Of a stretch of DNA of 64,000 nt, positions 48,882 to 58,100 are shown piece after piece (position 1 is the first letter of the stretch; every line of letters starts with the position of its first letter). Under the pieces are notes generated by a model. That model was not told where the DNA came from and did not search any database. It was given only the letters and a program-made list of their open reading frames with translations. The DNA is from a bacterium (GTDB taxonomy: Bacteria > UBA8248). A program made the position numbers and the translations under genes. The stretch lies in the NCBI GenBank assembly GCA_965200245.1, contig CBDATS010000004.1, forward strand, positions 384,001-448,000, written 5' to 3'.

Positions 48882-49570
48882 AATTTAAAATTAACCAGAA
48901 AGCTCTCCCCTATACATCCACGTTCATACGGAACTGGCCTGCGAGATGAGTGATGAACTTACCTGCGGCATCGCCGCTCTTCCAGCCGCGTGTATCCTCA
49001 GGGAGGGTTATAGTGAGTGAGGCCCTGGAGCCATGATGTGCAATTGCGGGAAAATGCGCACCTGGGCGAAAATCACGCCCCTTGGAAAAAAAAACGCGGG
49101 GCAATCTCTGGCCGCACGTTGACCGCGCCCTTGACTACCTGTAAACCCGTCCGTGAAAAACGATTCAAGTGAAGGCATAGTGTTCGAAATGTTCCTTTTG
49201 GAACCGAGCGCACACTACACACCCCGCATTTCCAGTGATAGGATATGGATTAGCTCATCCAACGCCCAGGATAGTTCTGGAGACGATTGGGGGGTTTCCC
49301 CCGCGAGGAATCCCTGTTTTCCTTGACTGAATAACTGGTTCCGCGCCCTTCGCGGCGCGAAACCATGCAAAGCAGATTGGTGCACGCGTCGGTTCATTAC
49401 GAATATGAAGCCCGAAGAAGTCGGATAAACTTCAACCGGGCACGGCGGGTCAGATGAAATTCCGCCCGCATCTTGAGGACAGCACCTGGTTCGGTGAGCG
49501 GATTATGCCGCAAACCAGAACAAAAACATTTCTCCGATTTTGCTCCAATTTTCAAAGGAGGTTCAAAAAG

Positions 49571-50860
49571 ATGAAACGCTTTGTGTTGGTCCTTTGGGCC
49601 GCGGCGATCATCCTGGCGCCGGGGGCCGCATTCGCGGCCCAGGCTCAGAAGATCGATACCGGAAACACAGCCTGGATTCTGACGTCGACCGCGCTCGTGC
49701 TGTTCATGACGCTTCCGGGCCTCTCGCTGTTCTATGGCGGTCTCGTGCGCGCAAAGAACGTACTCTCCGTGCTGATGCAGTGCTTCGCCATCGCCTGCGC
49801 GGTGTCGATCGTCTGGCTCGTCGTCGGCTACAGTCTCGTGTTCGAGTCGGGTAACGCCTTCATCGGCGGGCTGGGCAAGGCGTTCTTCGCGGGCGTGGGT
49901 GTGGAGTCGCTCTCGGGCAACATTCCCGAGACGGTTTTCGCCATGTTCCAACTCACCTTCGCCATCATCACGCCGGCCCTTATCGTGGGCAGCTTTGCCG
50001 AGCGGATGCGGTTCTCGGCCCTGTTCATCTTCTCCATCGCGTGGGTCATCCTCGTCTACGCGCCAGTGGCCCATTGGGTGTGGGGCGGCGGATGGCTCGG
50101 CGAGATGGGTGCGCTCGATTTCGCGGGCGGCACCGTGGTGCACATCAACTCAGGCATTGCGGCTCTGGTGGCCGCCATCCTCATCGGCCCGAGGCACGGC
50201 TTTCCCACGACGGCCATGCTGCCTCATAACCTGCCTATGGCAGTGACGGGTGCGGGTATCCTTTGGGTCGGCTGGTTCGGCTTCAACGCGGGTAGTGCAC
50301 TGGCAGCCGACGGCGCGGCGGGAATGGCCATGCTCGTGACCCACATGTCCTCGGCAGCGGGCGCGCTCGCCTGGATGTTCGCCGAGTGGATCAAGCACGG
50401 CAAGGCGAGCGTACTCGGCATCGTGACGGGCATGGTGGCGGGTCTAGTCGGCATTACGCCGGCCTCCGGCTTTGTGGGCCCTGTGGGCGCGCTGCTGCTC
50501 GGCGCGATAGCGGGCATTGGTTGCTTTGCAGCCACCAATTACATGAAACAGGTGCTCAAGATTGACGACTCGCTCGACGTGTTCACCGTGCACGGCGTGG
50601 GCGGCATCATTGGCGCGATACTGACCGGCGTGTTCGTCGCCAAGGGATTCGGCGGCGTCGGCCTTGCCGAGGGTGTTGGCATGGGCAAACAGGTTTGGAT
50701 CCAGTTTGTGAGCGTCATTGCCACGCTCGTCTATTCGGGCGTCGTCTCCTTCATCCTGTTCAAAATCGTGGACGCAATGGTGGGCCTGCGGGCCGACGCC
50801 AACGAGGAATCGGGCGGCCTTGACCTCATGATGCACAACGAATCAGCCTATGAACGCTAG
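49571..50860 (+). CDS. amtB: Ammonium transporter
   Basis: Signal peptide, FYGGLVR.KN, FQLTFAIIT, DFAGGTVVH, WFGFNAGS, DDSLDVFTVHG. Confidence 0.97.
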   Translation: MKRFVLVLWAAAIILAPGAAFAAQAQKIDTGNTAWILTSTALVLFMTLPGLSLFYGGLVRAKNVLSVLMQCFAIACAVSIVWLVVGYSLVFESGNAFIGGLGKAFFAGVGVESLSGNIPETVFAMFQLTFAIITPALIVGSFAERMRFSALFIFSIAWVILVYAPVAHWVWGGGWLGEMGALDFAGGTVVHINSGIAALVAAILIGPRHGFPTTAMLPHNLPMAVTGAGILWVGWFGFNAGSALAADGAAGMAMLVTHMSSAAGALAWMFAEWIKHGKASVLGIVTGMVAGLVGITPASGFVGPVGALLLGAIAGIGCFAATNYMKQVLKIDDSLDVFTVHGVGGIIGAILTGVFVAKGFGGVGLAEGVGMGKQVWIQFVSVIATLVYSGVVSFILFKIVDAMVGLRADANEESGGLDLMMHNESAYER

Positions 50861-50876
50861 GCCGCAAAGCGAGTAT

Positions 50877-50900
50877 ACCCCGGGGCCTCGGCCCCGGGGT
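50877..50900. terminator. Perfect GC hairpin between convergent genes
   Basis: ACCCCGGGGCC-TC-GGCCCCGGGGT. Confidence 0.55.
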
Positions 50901-50986
50901 CGCGCACTCCTGCGAAAGCAAAGCTTTCCCGGGCAGGGAACGCAAGTAGAACACTCTGCAACTTCGATTGAAAAGATGATTCCAGC

Positions 50987-52831
50987 TTACGCCGAAGCGG
51001 CGGATTCTCGTATTCGCTCGAAAAACGCCTTGGCGTCATCAGGCAGGGATGTGAAGCGCAGCATCAATCTCGTCCCATTTGCCTCCACGACCTTTGCGTA
51101 GACATCTGAAACGTCGGCCTCACCCACGCGCAGCATGAGGTTCGCGTTCTTCCCGAAGGGGCTCTCAGACTCAAGTTCCATGCAATTCTCGGAAACCCGC
51201 CTGATTTCCGCCCCAGCCGCGTCTTCGGACACCTGCTTGCCCTCGACCGGAAAAATTCGCACGTTCACGGGTGATTCCAGGCACACAAAGGTCTCGGGAT
51301 CAGTTTCAGGCATCTCGCACGCATAAGGCCCTGTCATGCCCCGCACCTCGTAGACGCGAACAGGATATTCCAGACCCTTGAAACGCAAATCCTGTGTCTC
51401 GCCGATTTGTACGAACTCTACCATCTGCTCGTAGGTATCGGCGCTGATGAGCACCTGCCCGCTCACGGTGTAGGACTCGATTCGGTAGGCCATGTTGATG
51501 GGTGTACCCATTGCCCCGTATTTCGTGCGTTTTTCCGAACCGATATTACCGACGATAACCTCGCCCGTGTTGATGGCGATCCCCATGTGAAGGTCGGGCA
51601 TGCCATGCGCGCGCTGTTCTTCGTTGATCCCGACAAGGGCGCGCTGCATCTCCACGGCACAGGCCACCGCCCGGACCGAATCGTCGGGCGCAGCGAGCGG
51701 TGCTCCGAAAAAGGCGAGAATCCCGTCTCCCTGGAACTCGTCCACCGTGCCGTGGTATCTGGTGATAATGTCCACCGTCGGCTCCAAGAAGCGGTTCACC
51801 ACATTGATGACCTCATGCGGCTCAAGGCGTGAGGAAAGCGCGGTAAAACCCCGCAGGTCCGAGACAAGAAAGGTCACCTCGCGCACTTCGCCGCCGAGTT
51901 TCAGCCCGTCTGGTGAACTCAGGAGTTCGTCCACGATCTCCTTGCTGATGTAGCGCCCGAAGGTGTCGCGGATGAAATCGCGCTGCTTCAAGCCCTCGAT
52001 CATGCCTTCGAACGAGGTGGCCAAACGGCCCACCTCGTCGTGGCTCCTTTTCGCGGGAACGGTGACTTCGAGATTTCCCCTGCTCACCTCTTCCGCCGCG
52101 GAGGTCAGTTTCGTGAGCAGACGCAGCATACGTGAAGAGACGAGCCAGAACAGGATGAGACCCAGCGCGATCAAAATGATTGTGAAGCGTAGCAGTTTGA
52201 AGGTATTCGACCCCACCTGTTCGGCCACGGGATTCGCGATCTTGTTCAGCATCAGTATGGCCACCACCTTGCCGTTCAGCTTAAGCGGCGTGTTGAGTTG
52301 CAAGAACTGATCAAATTCCCGGTTCCCTACCTTTCCGCCAAAGAGTCGGGAGCGCATCATCTCGCCCTTGTTCCAGGTGTCGTTCGTTGCCTCATAGGTG
52401 GCAGGAAATGTCCGGTGAAGCTGGACATCCTGACCGATTTGGAACCCACCGTGCGCCGCGGCTACGTACTCGTAGCTGCCGTTGGGGCGTCTGCGCATGA
52501 TGATGGCATTGTCCACGCCCGAGATGCGCTTGATGCGCTGAAGTACAGCAAGTACTTCCCTGTACTCGGCCGTATTCTTGTCGGATTGAAGCCGCAGGCT
52601 GTGGACGGCTTCGGAATCTATCAAAACGGTACCCCGCTCGGCGAAGAACTCAAGCCTGGCCGAGAGCACATTGAGTTCGTAATTGTAACTCGACTGGTAG
52701 TACCTGTAGGACATCGGAACGATGGCGACGATGAGGATGAACAGGACGAGGATGAGGCTCTTGAAAACGATGGAACAGTAAAACCCATGCTTCGCCTGGG
52801 CTCTCGACTCTGGGTTGTCGGATTCGATCAT
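50987..52831 (-). CDS. Membrane class III nucleotide cyclase (sensor-TM-HAMP-cyclase), Cya2-like
   Basis: Two TMs, HAMP (DEVGRLATSF), SDLRGFT, DEFQGDG, GEVIVGNIGS, KYGAMGTPINMAYRIES. Confidence 0.9.
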   Translation of the reverse strand: MIESDNPESRAQAKHGFYCSIVFKSLILVLFILIVAIVPMSYRYYQSSYNYELNVLSARLEFFAERGTVLIDSEAVHSLRLQSDKNTAEYREVLAVLQRIKRISGVDNAIIMRRRPNGSYEYVAAAHGGFQIGQDVQLHRTFPATYEATNDTWNKGEMMRSRLFGGKVGNREFDQFLQLNTPLKLNGKVVAILMLNKIANPVAEQVGSNTFKLLRFTIILIALGLILFWLVSSRMLRLLTKLTSAAEEVSRGNLEVTVPAKRSHDEVGRLATSFEGMIEGLKQRDFIRDTFGRYISKEIVDELLSSPDGLKLGGEVREVTFLVSDLRGFTALSSRLEPHEVINVVNRFLEPTVDIITRYHGTVDEFQGDGILAFFGAPLAAPDDSVRAVACAVEMQRALVGINEEQRAHGMPDLHMGIAINTGEVIVGNIGSEKRTKYGAMGTPINMAYRIESYTVSGQVLISADTYEQMVEFVQIGETQDLRFKGLEYPVRVYEVRGMTGPYACEMPETDPETFVCLESPVNVRIFPVEGKQVSEDAAGAEIRRVSENCMELESESPFGKNANLMLRVGEADVSDVYAKVVEANGTRLMLRFTSLPDDAKAFFERIRESAASA

Positions 52832-52948
52832 TCTCGCGTCTCCTGCAGCGGCTCCTGCGAAAAGTATACACCACCGGAGCCTGCGAGAAATCCTGGAATG
52901 TGTGTCGGCCCCCCCACTCCCCTGCTTGCAGAGGCGGAAGTAACCGAC

Positions 52949-53959
52949 TTACGCCGTGCGCTTTTTCCCCACGTAGTCGAGCAAAACGGCGAGGATAATG
53001 ATCCCGCCTACGGCCAGCAGTTGCCAGTCTGCGGCTATACCCAAGAGATTCAGGCCGTTTCGGATACAGGCGATGATAAGCGTGCCGATGACGGTTCCGA
53101 TGACGCGCCCCTCGCCACCCAGCAGCGAGGCGCCGCCGATGACAACCGCGGCAATGACGTCCATCAGGTCGAACATGCCCATGATGGCCTGAGCGGCCAT
53201 CAAGCGCGAGGCCATCACCACACCCGCGAGCGCGCCGCAGAAACCGCTGAAAACGAGAACGAACAGCTTGACGGCGAAGACGTTCACGCCCGCGACACGG
53301 GCGGCCTCCTTGTTACCACCCACAGCATAGATGTTCGTGCCCAAAACGGTTCGCGAGAGAATGAGGTGCGCCACCAGAAAGACAACACCCATGATGACGG
53401 CCGCCGAGGGGAATGGGCCGACGTAGCCTTGGCCCATGACGCTGAACGCCTCGGGCAGGCCGAAGATGGACTGCTCGCCCGTCAGAATGAGCGCGCCGCC
53501 GCGAGAGAGACTGTCCATCGCCAGCGTGAGGATAAAGGCGGGAATCGCGAACCAGCCAACGAACAAGCCGCTCACCGCTCCCAGTGCAACGCCGAGGAAC
53601 AGCGTGGCGATTACAGCCGGCAAGATGGGCACACCGTATTCCTTGAGCAAAAGCGCTACGACCACCGCACCCATCGACTGGATGGAGGCTACCGACAAAT
53701 CGATCTCCGCACAGATAATGACGAGCGTGAGACCCGCCGCCATGATGCCGATGTTCGACGACTGGAGGAGGATGTTCATCATGTTCGATACGGTGAAGAA
53801 GTTCTCTGCCGTAATCGAAAGAAAGAGGATCAACAAGACGAGCGCAAGGATGAGACCGTATCTGGAAAAGCAAGACGCGACAAGAGAGGGGATGTCGTAT
53901 CTCCCCTTCCCTTCAGCGGCAGAGTCCCACCCTTTCTTTGACTTCACCTCATCGCTCAT
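52949..53959 (-). CDS. Monosaccharide-type ABC permease (RbsC-like)
   Basis: IDLSV, IPAFILTL, YAVGGNKEAARVAGV, IAAVVIGGASLLGG. Confidence 0.92.
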   Translation of the reverse strand: MSDEVKSKKGWDSAAEGKGRYDIPSLVASCFSRYGLILALVLLILFLSITAENFFTVSNMMNILLQSSNIGIMAAGLTLVIICAEIDLSVASIQSMGAVVVALLLKEYGVPILPAVIATLFLGVALGAVSGLFVGWFAIPAFILTLAMDSLSRGGALILTGEQSIFGLPEAFSVMGQGYVGPFPSAAVIMGVVFLVAHLILSRTVLGTNIYAVGGNKEAARVAGVNVFAVKLFVLVFSGFCGALAGVVMASRLMAAQAIMGMFDLMDVIAAVVIGGASLLGGEGRVIGTVIGTLIIACIRNGLNLLGIAADWQLLAVGGIIILAVLLDYVGKKRTA

Positions 53960-53984
53960 CGTACCCTCTCCGGCTAACGCCTCC

Positions 53985-55571
53985 TCACGCCGCCGTGCTC
54001 GTCGCATGACGCATGATGGTCTCCGCGTCAGCGTCTTCTCTGAGCACTTCACCTGTGATGCGGCCTTCATTCATCACGATGATGCGGTTGCAGATAGCCG
54101 TGACCTCGGGCAGTTCGGAGGATATCACGATAATTGCCACCCCGAACTGTGCGAGTTCCTCAAGTATGCGGTAAATCTCCACCTTGGCCCCCGCGTCGAC
54201 GCCCTTGGTCGGCTCGTCCAAAATGACGATGCGCGCATCCGTGGAAATACCGCGCGCGAGTAGCACCTTCTGCTGGTTCCCGCCGCTTAACTGGGCAACC
54301 CGATCCGTCAAGGAGGCAACCTTGATCCGTAGCCTCTCCACATAGTCTTGCGAGAGGCTGCCCGCGCCCGCGGCGTTGATACAGCCCGGAAAACGGGTGA
54401 GTCTCCGTGAGCGGCTCTCCCTGCCGAAGTTGAACAGGGTAATAAGCAGATTCTCCAGCACAGAAAGGAGCGGGAACACACCCTGGTTCTTGCGATCCTC
54501 GGTCAAGAAAGAAAGCCCATGGCGAATGGCGTCGCGAGGCTTGAGGATTTTCACCCGCTCACCGTCGATGAACACCTCGCCCCCGTCTGGCTGCTCCAGA
54601 CCGAAGAGCGCGCGAAACAAATCCGTGCGGCCTGCACCGACGAGTCCAGCGAAACCCAGTATTTCGCCCGCCTGAACGCGGAAGCTCACGTCGCTGAACA
54701 CACCCGCCCTCGTGAAATTCCTGACTTCCAAAATTTCATCGCCCACCTTGCCGCTGATCCTGGGGTAGCGTTCGCTGAAGGTGCGTCCCGTCATCATGCG
54801 GATGAGAGTGTCAACGTCTGTATTCTCCGCACCGATTGTCCCGACGTTGCGTCCGTCGCGCAGGACAGAAATACGACCGCCAACAGCCAAGCAGTCCTCC
54901 AGCGTGTGGGAGACGTAGACGATGCCGATGCCACGTGCCTTCAACCTTTCGATGACTTCAAACAGCGCCTCTTTCTCATCGGGACCCAGGGACGAGGTGG
55001 GTTCGTCCATGAGAATGACTTTCGCGTCAAAGGCCACCGCCTTGGCGATCTCGAGAAACTGCATGTCCGATAGACTTAGGGAAGAGACCTCGGTGTTCGG
55101 GTCGACGCTGAGTCCCAACTCGGTGAATATCTCACGGCAACGCCGTTCCATCACCCCCACATCACGAACGCCCAGTTGGCCAAGCAGTCTGTTTTTGCTT
55201 CTCAAGTCGCGGCCCAGAAAGAGATTGCTCTTCACGTCCATCAGCCGCACAAGGCTGAGTTCCTGGTGAATGACGCTGATCCCCATTTCCCGTGCGAGTG
55301 CAGGGGAACTTTTCTCGATCACTTCTCCTTCGAAGGACATCTCGCCGGTATCTTTTTCGACGACGCCCGAGATGACCTTGATGAGCGTCGACTTGCCCGC
55401 CCCGTTCTCTCCCAGAAGTACGTGGACCTCGCCAGGACGCACGTCAAAGTTCACCCCGTCGAGCGCCACGACACCCGGAAACCGCTTGCCGATACCGTGC
55501 ATGTCGAGAATGGGGCGCTCCTCTGCAACCTCAGGCGTGGATTCTGGAAGATGAGAGGGGGATGAGGCCAT
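53985..55571 (-). CDS. Monosaccharide-type ABC ATPase, tandem domains (RbsA-like)
   Basis: GENGAGKST, MDEPT, GLVGAGRT, LSGGNQQKV, DEPTKGVD. Confidence 0.95.
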   Translation of the reverse strand: MASSPSHLPESTPEVAEERPILDMHGIGKRFPGVVALDGVNFDVRPGEVHVLLGENGAGKSTLIKVISGVVEKDTGEMSFEGEVIEKSSPALAREMGISVIHQELSLVRLMDVKSNLFLGRDLRSKNRLLGQLGVRDVGVMERRCREIFTELGLSVDPNTEVSSLSLSDMQFLEIAKAVAFDAKVILMDEPTSSLGPDEKEALFEVIERLKARGIGIVYVSHTLEDCLAVGGRISVLRDGRNVGTIGAENTDVDTLIRMMTGRTFSERYPRISGKVGDEILEVRNFTRAGVFSDVSFRVQAGEILGFAGLVGAGRTDLFRALFGLEQPDGGEVFIDGERVKILKPRDAIRHGLSFLTEDRKNQGVFPLLSVLENLLITLFNFGRESRSRRLTRFPGCINAAGAGSLSQDYVERLRIKVASLTDRVAQLSGGNQQKVLLARGISTDARIVILDEPTKGVDAGAKVEIYRILEELAQFGVAIIVISSELPEVTAICNRIIVMNEGRITGEVLREDADAETIMRHATSTAA

Positions 55572-55678
55572 GTGCAAGTCTCCCCGCCGGGTCAGCCCGA
55601 GGATCGGGTGGCACGGACATACGCAGTTTCCGCATCAACCAGAACACGAAAATCCACGTATCCTGCCCGCTCGCGCCG

Positions 55679-56884
55679 CTATATCACCAGCGGCTCTTTG
55701 GGAAAGGCCGTAAAGGAAACGCCGCCCTCTTTCGTGACCTGCACCATATCCTCGTTGCCGAACAGATAGGTGTTATCGACGGCGATGCGCGGCTCGACAG
55801 CGAGTACCATGTTTTCCTGGAGAGGGAGTTTTTCGATTCCCATGTCCGGACGCTCATGGATGTCCCACCCCAGGCCGTGGCCCAGGAACCTGTCCCACAA
55901 ATCGAAACCGGCGTCGCGGGCCATCGCCTCGGCAGTATCGACGAGCTTGCTAGCCACGACACCCGGCTTGGCCTCGTCTATGACCTTGTGCTGAATCTCA
56001 AGAATCGTCTCGTAGGCGCGCCGGTGGATATCCGTCACCGGTCCCATGGCGCGCGTGCGCGAGGAGTCGACCGGATAACCCTCGAAGCGCATGCAGATAT
56101 CCCAGTGTACGACGTTGCCCCGCTCGATGGCCTTGGCCGGGCTGGGCATGTGCAAAAGCGCACCCGCCACCGGATAGCCACTGCAGATGAGGCTCGGCGA
56201 AGAACTGCACGAGTCCTCGTAAATCGGGTCGGCGGAGCGCATTGTGTGCTCGGCGGCGCGGATGAGTTCCAGTTCGGTCGTGCCGACACCCTCCCCACCC
56301 AGGATGGCCGCGACGGTCTCATGTCCCAAATCCGCCACGCGGCCCGCCTTGCGCATCATTTCGAGATCGAAATCGCTCTTCACCATCCGCAGTTCCTCCA
56401 CGATGGTCGAGCGCACGATTTCGATATCCGGGAATATCTCCTTCATCCCTGCGTAGAGCGGGGCCGGGAACTTGTCGAACGTCTCAATGCCGACACGTTT
56501 CACGACGCCCGCATCGCGGATGAGTTTTTCGAGGTTCTCGACGGAGAGACCGTCTCCTTTTTTTGCCGAAAAACCCTCTCCCGCCACGATGCGCGGGACG
56601 CACACCTCGCGTGTCGGCATGAGGCCCGGATCGACCATGAGCGCGGGATCGTCTGCCTGCGTGATGAAGGCCGCCCCCCCGTCGACGATGGAGGTCTCCG
56701 TGCTCGTGAGGCTGATCCATCCAGCCCGGTCGGGAAAGTAGTCGGTAAGATAGCGCAGGCTGCCGGAAAGCTTGTTGTTCCCATAAACGATCAAGGCGTC
56801 ATATTCCCGAACTGCCATCAACCGCCGGGTATTCGCCAGCCGCCTGTCGATTTCGGCCTGGAGTACGTCGCGTGGAATGGGCAT
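55679..56884 (-). CDS. M24 (Xaa-Pro peptidase/creatinase fold) metallohydrolase
   Basis: LRMVKS..., D..GY..DSSRT, GHGLG.DIHE, VEP, NED; metal ligands appear intact. Confidence 0.88.
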   Translation of the reverse strand: MPIPRDVLQAEIDRRLANTRRLMAVREYDALIVYGNNKLSGSLRYLTDYFPDRAGWISLTSTETSIVDGGAAFITQADDPALMVDPGLMPTREVCVPRIVAGEGFSAKKGDGLSVENLEKLIRDAGVVKRVGIETFDKFPAPLYAGMKEIFPDIEIVRSTIVEELRMVKSDFDLEMMRKAGRVADLGHETVAAILGGEGVGTTELELIRAAEHTMRSADPIYEDSCSSSPSLICSGYPVAGALLHMPSPAKAIERGNVVHWDICMRFEGYPVDSSRTRAMGPVTDIHRRAYETILEIQHKVIDEAKPGVVASKLVDTAEAMARDAGFDLWDRFLGHGLGWDIHERPDMGIEKLPLQENMVLAVEPRIAVDNTYLFGNEDMVQVTKEGGVSFTAFPKEPLVI

Positions 56885-56966
56885 GTCCGTCCCCCTGGGC
56901 GAGCGGACACGCGGAGAGACGGGGTGTCAAAACCCAGCCTTCTTCCGCGGTGCCGCGCCAGAACTC

Positions 56967-57917
56967 TTACTTGATTCCGGCTTTGAGGTTCTTTCCGACC
57001 GCCTGAAGCAGTCTCGTATCGAGCGGAATCGTTCCGGTGTCGATCGTGTATTTGGACTTGTCGTCCTTATCCATTGCCACGTCGACGCCCGTGCGCACGA
57101 GCTGCTTGCCGACGGAATCGCAAAAAGTCAGCACTGTCGCCAGCATGTTGCCACGATAGACTTCCTGCATCGCCTCCTCGACGCCGTTGAAGCCCGTGAC
57201 AATGATCTTGCCGAGCTTCCCGCGCGCCTTTACTGCCTGGAGCGCGCCCAGGGCCATGTCGTCGTTCACGGCGATGATGGCCGAGATATCAGGATGCGCC
57301 GTCAGGATATCTTCGGCTTTCTTGAGTCCCTGCGCGCGGTCCCAATTGGCCGCCCACGTGCCGACCACCTTGATACCCTTGTACTTGGCCAGCGTGTCCC
57401 TGGCACCCCTTTTCCGCAGGATGCTGGACATGTTGCCCGGCACGCCTTCCATGAGCGCGACCTTGCCCTTGCCACCCAACTCCTCGGCGACGGCCCTGGC
57501 GACCGCTGACTGCCCGTAGTACTGATCCGGCCCGACGAAATGCCGCGCCACGCGCTTTGCCAAATCGTCGGAATGGATGAGCACGCGGATACCGTTTTTC
57601 TGTACCTTCTTGACCGTCTGCACCATCGCGTTGGGATCGATGGCGCTGAATGCGAGAACGTGCACGCGCTTCTGGATCAAGTCGTCGATCATCTTGGTCA
57701 CACCGATCAAGTCAGTACCGAGGGCACCGCTCAATACCGTGAGCTTGACGTTGGGATGATTCCTGGCCTCCGCCTCGGCGGAGCGTTTGAGACACGCGAA
57801 ATACGGGTTCCCAAGCGTCTCCACCACAATGCCGATCTTGATCTCCTTCGCGAACACGGGCGACGTGAACCCGGCGAACGCCGCTACTGCTATACTGATG
57901 ACTATCATGCGCTTCAT
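56967..57917 (-). CDS. Sugar-binding periplasmic protein (RbsB-like)
   Basis: Signal peptide, NPYF, ANWDR, NDDMALGA, TGFNG. Confidence 0.92.
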   Translation of the reverse strand: MKRMIVISIAVAAFAGFTSPVFAKEIKIGIVVETLGNPYFACLKRSAEAEARNHPNVKLTVLSGALGTDLIGVTKMIDDLIQKRVHVLAFSAIDPNAMVQTVKKVQKNGIRVLIHSDDLAKRVARHFVGPDQYYGQSAVARAVAEELGGKGKVALMEGVPGNMSSILRKRGARDTLAKYKGIKVVGTWAANWDRAQGLKKAEDILTAHPDISAIIAVNDDMALGALQAVKARGKLGKIIVTGFNGVEEAMQEVYRGNMLATVLTFCDSVGKQLVRTGVDVAMDKDDKSKYTIDTGTIPLDTRLLQAVGKNLKAGIK

Positions 57918-58100
57918 AGACTTACCCTCCTGGTTAGACTATTACCCGGCAAGCAATCGCATCTTCCATGCACATTTTCGAATTTTGGTGATGGAGAAAA
58001 TGATCACACACTGGTCGCGGATCGTCAAGCAAGGAAATCGGCGGCCCCAGTCGGAAGATATGCGTCGGGCCTTCCACACCCACTACCGATGAACGTTTTT

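Noticed and set aside
49366-49385. NtrC-type site upstream of amtB
   Set aside because: Only the TGGTGCA half matches, the spacing is wrong, and I found no sigma54 -24/-12 motif.
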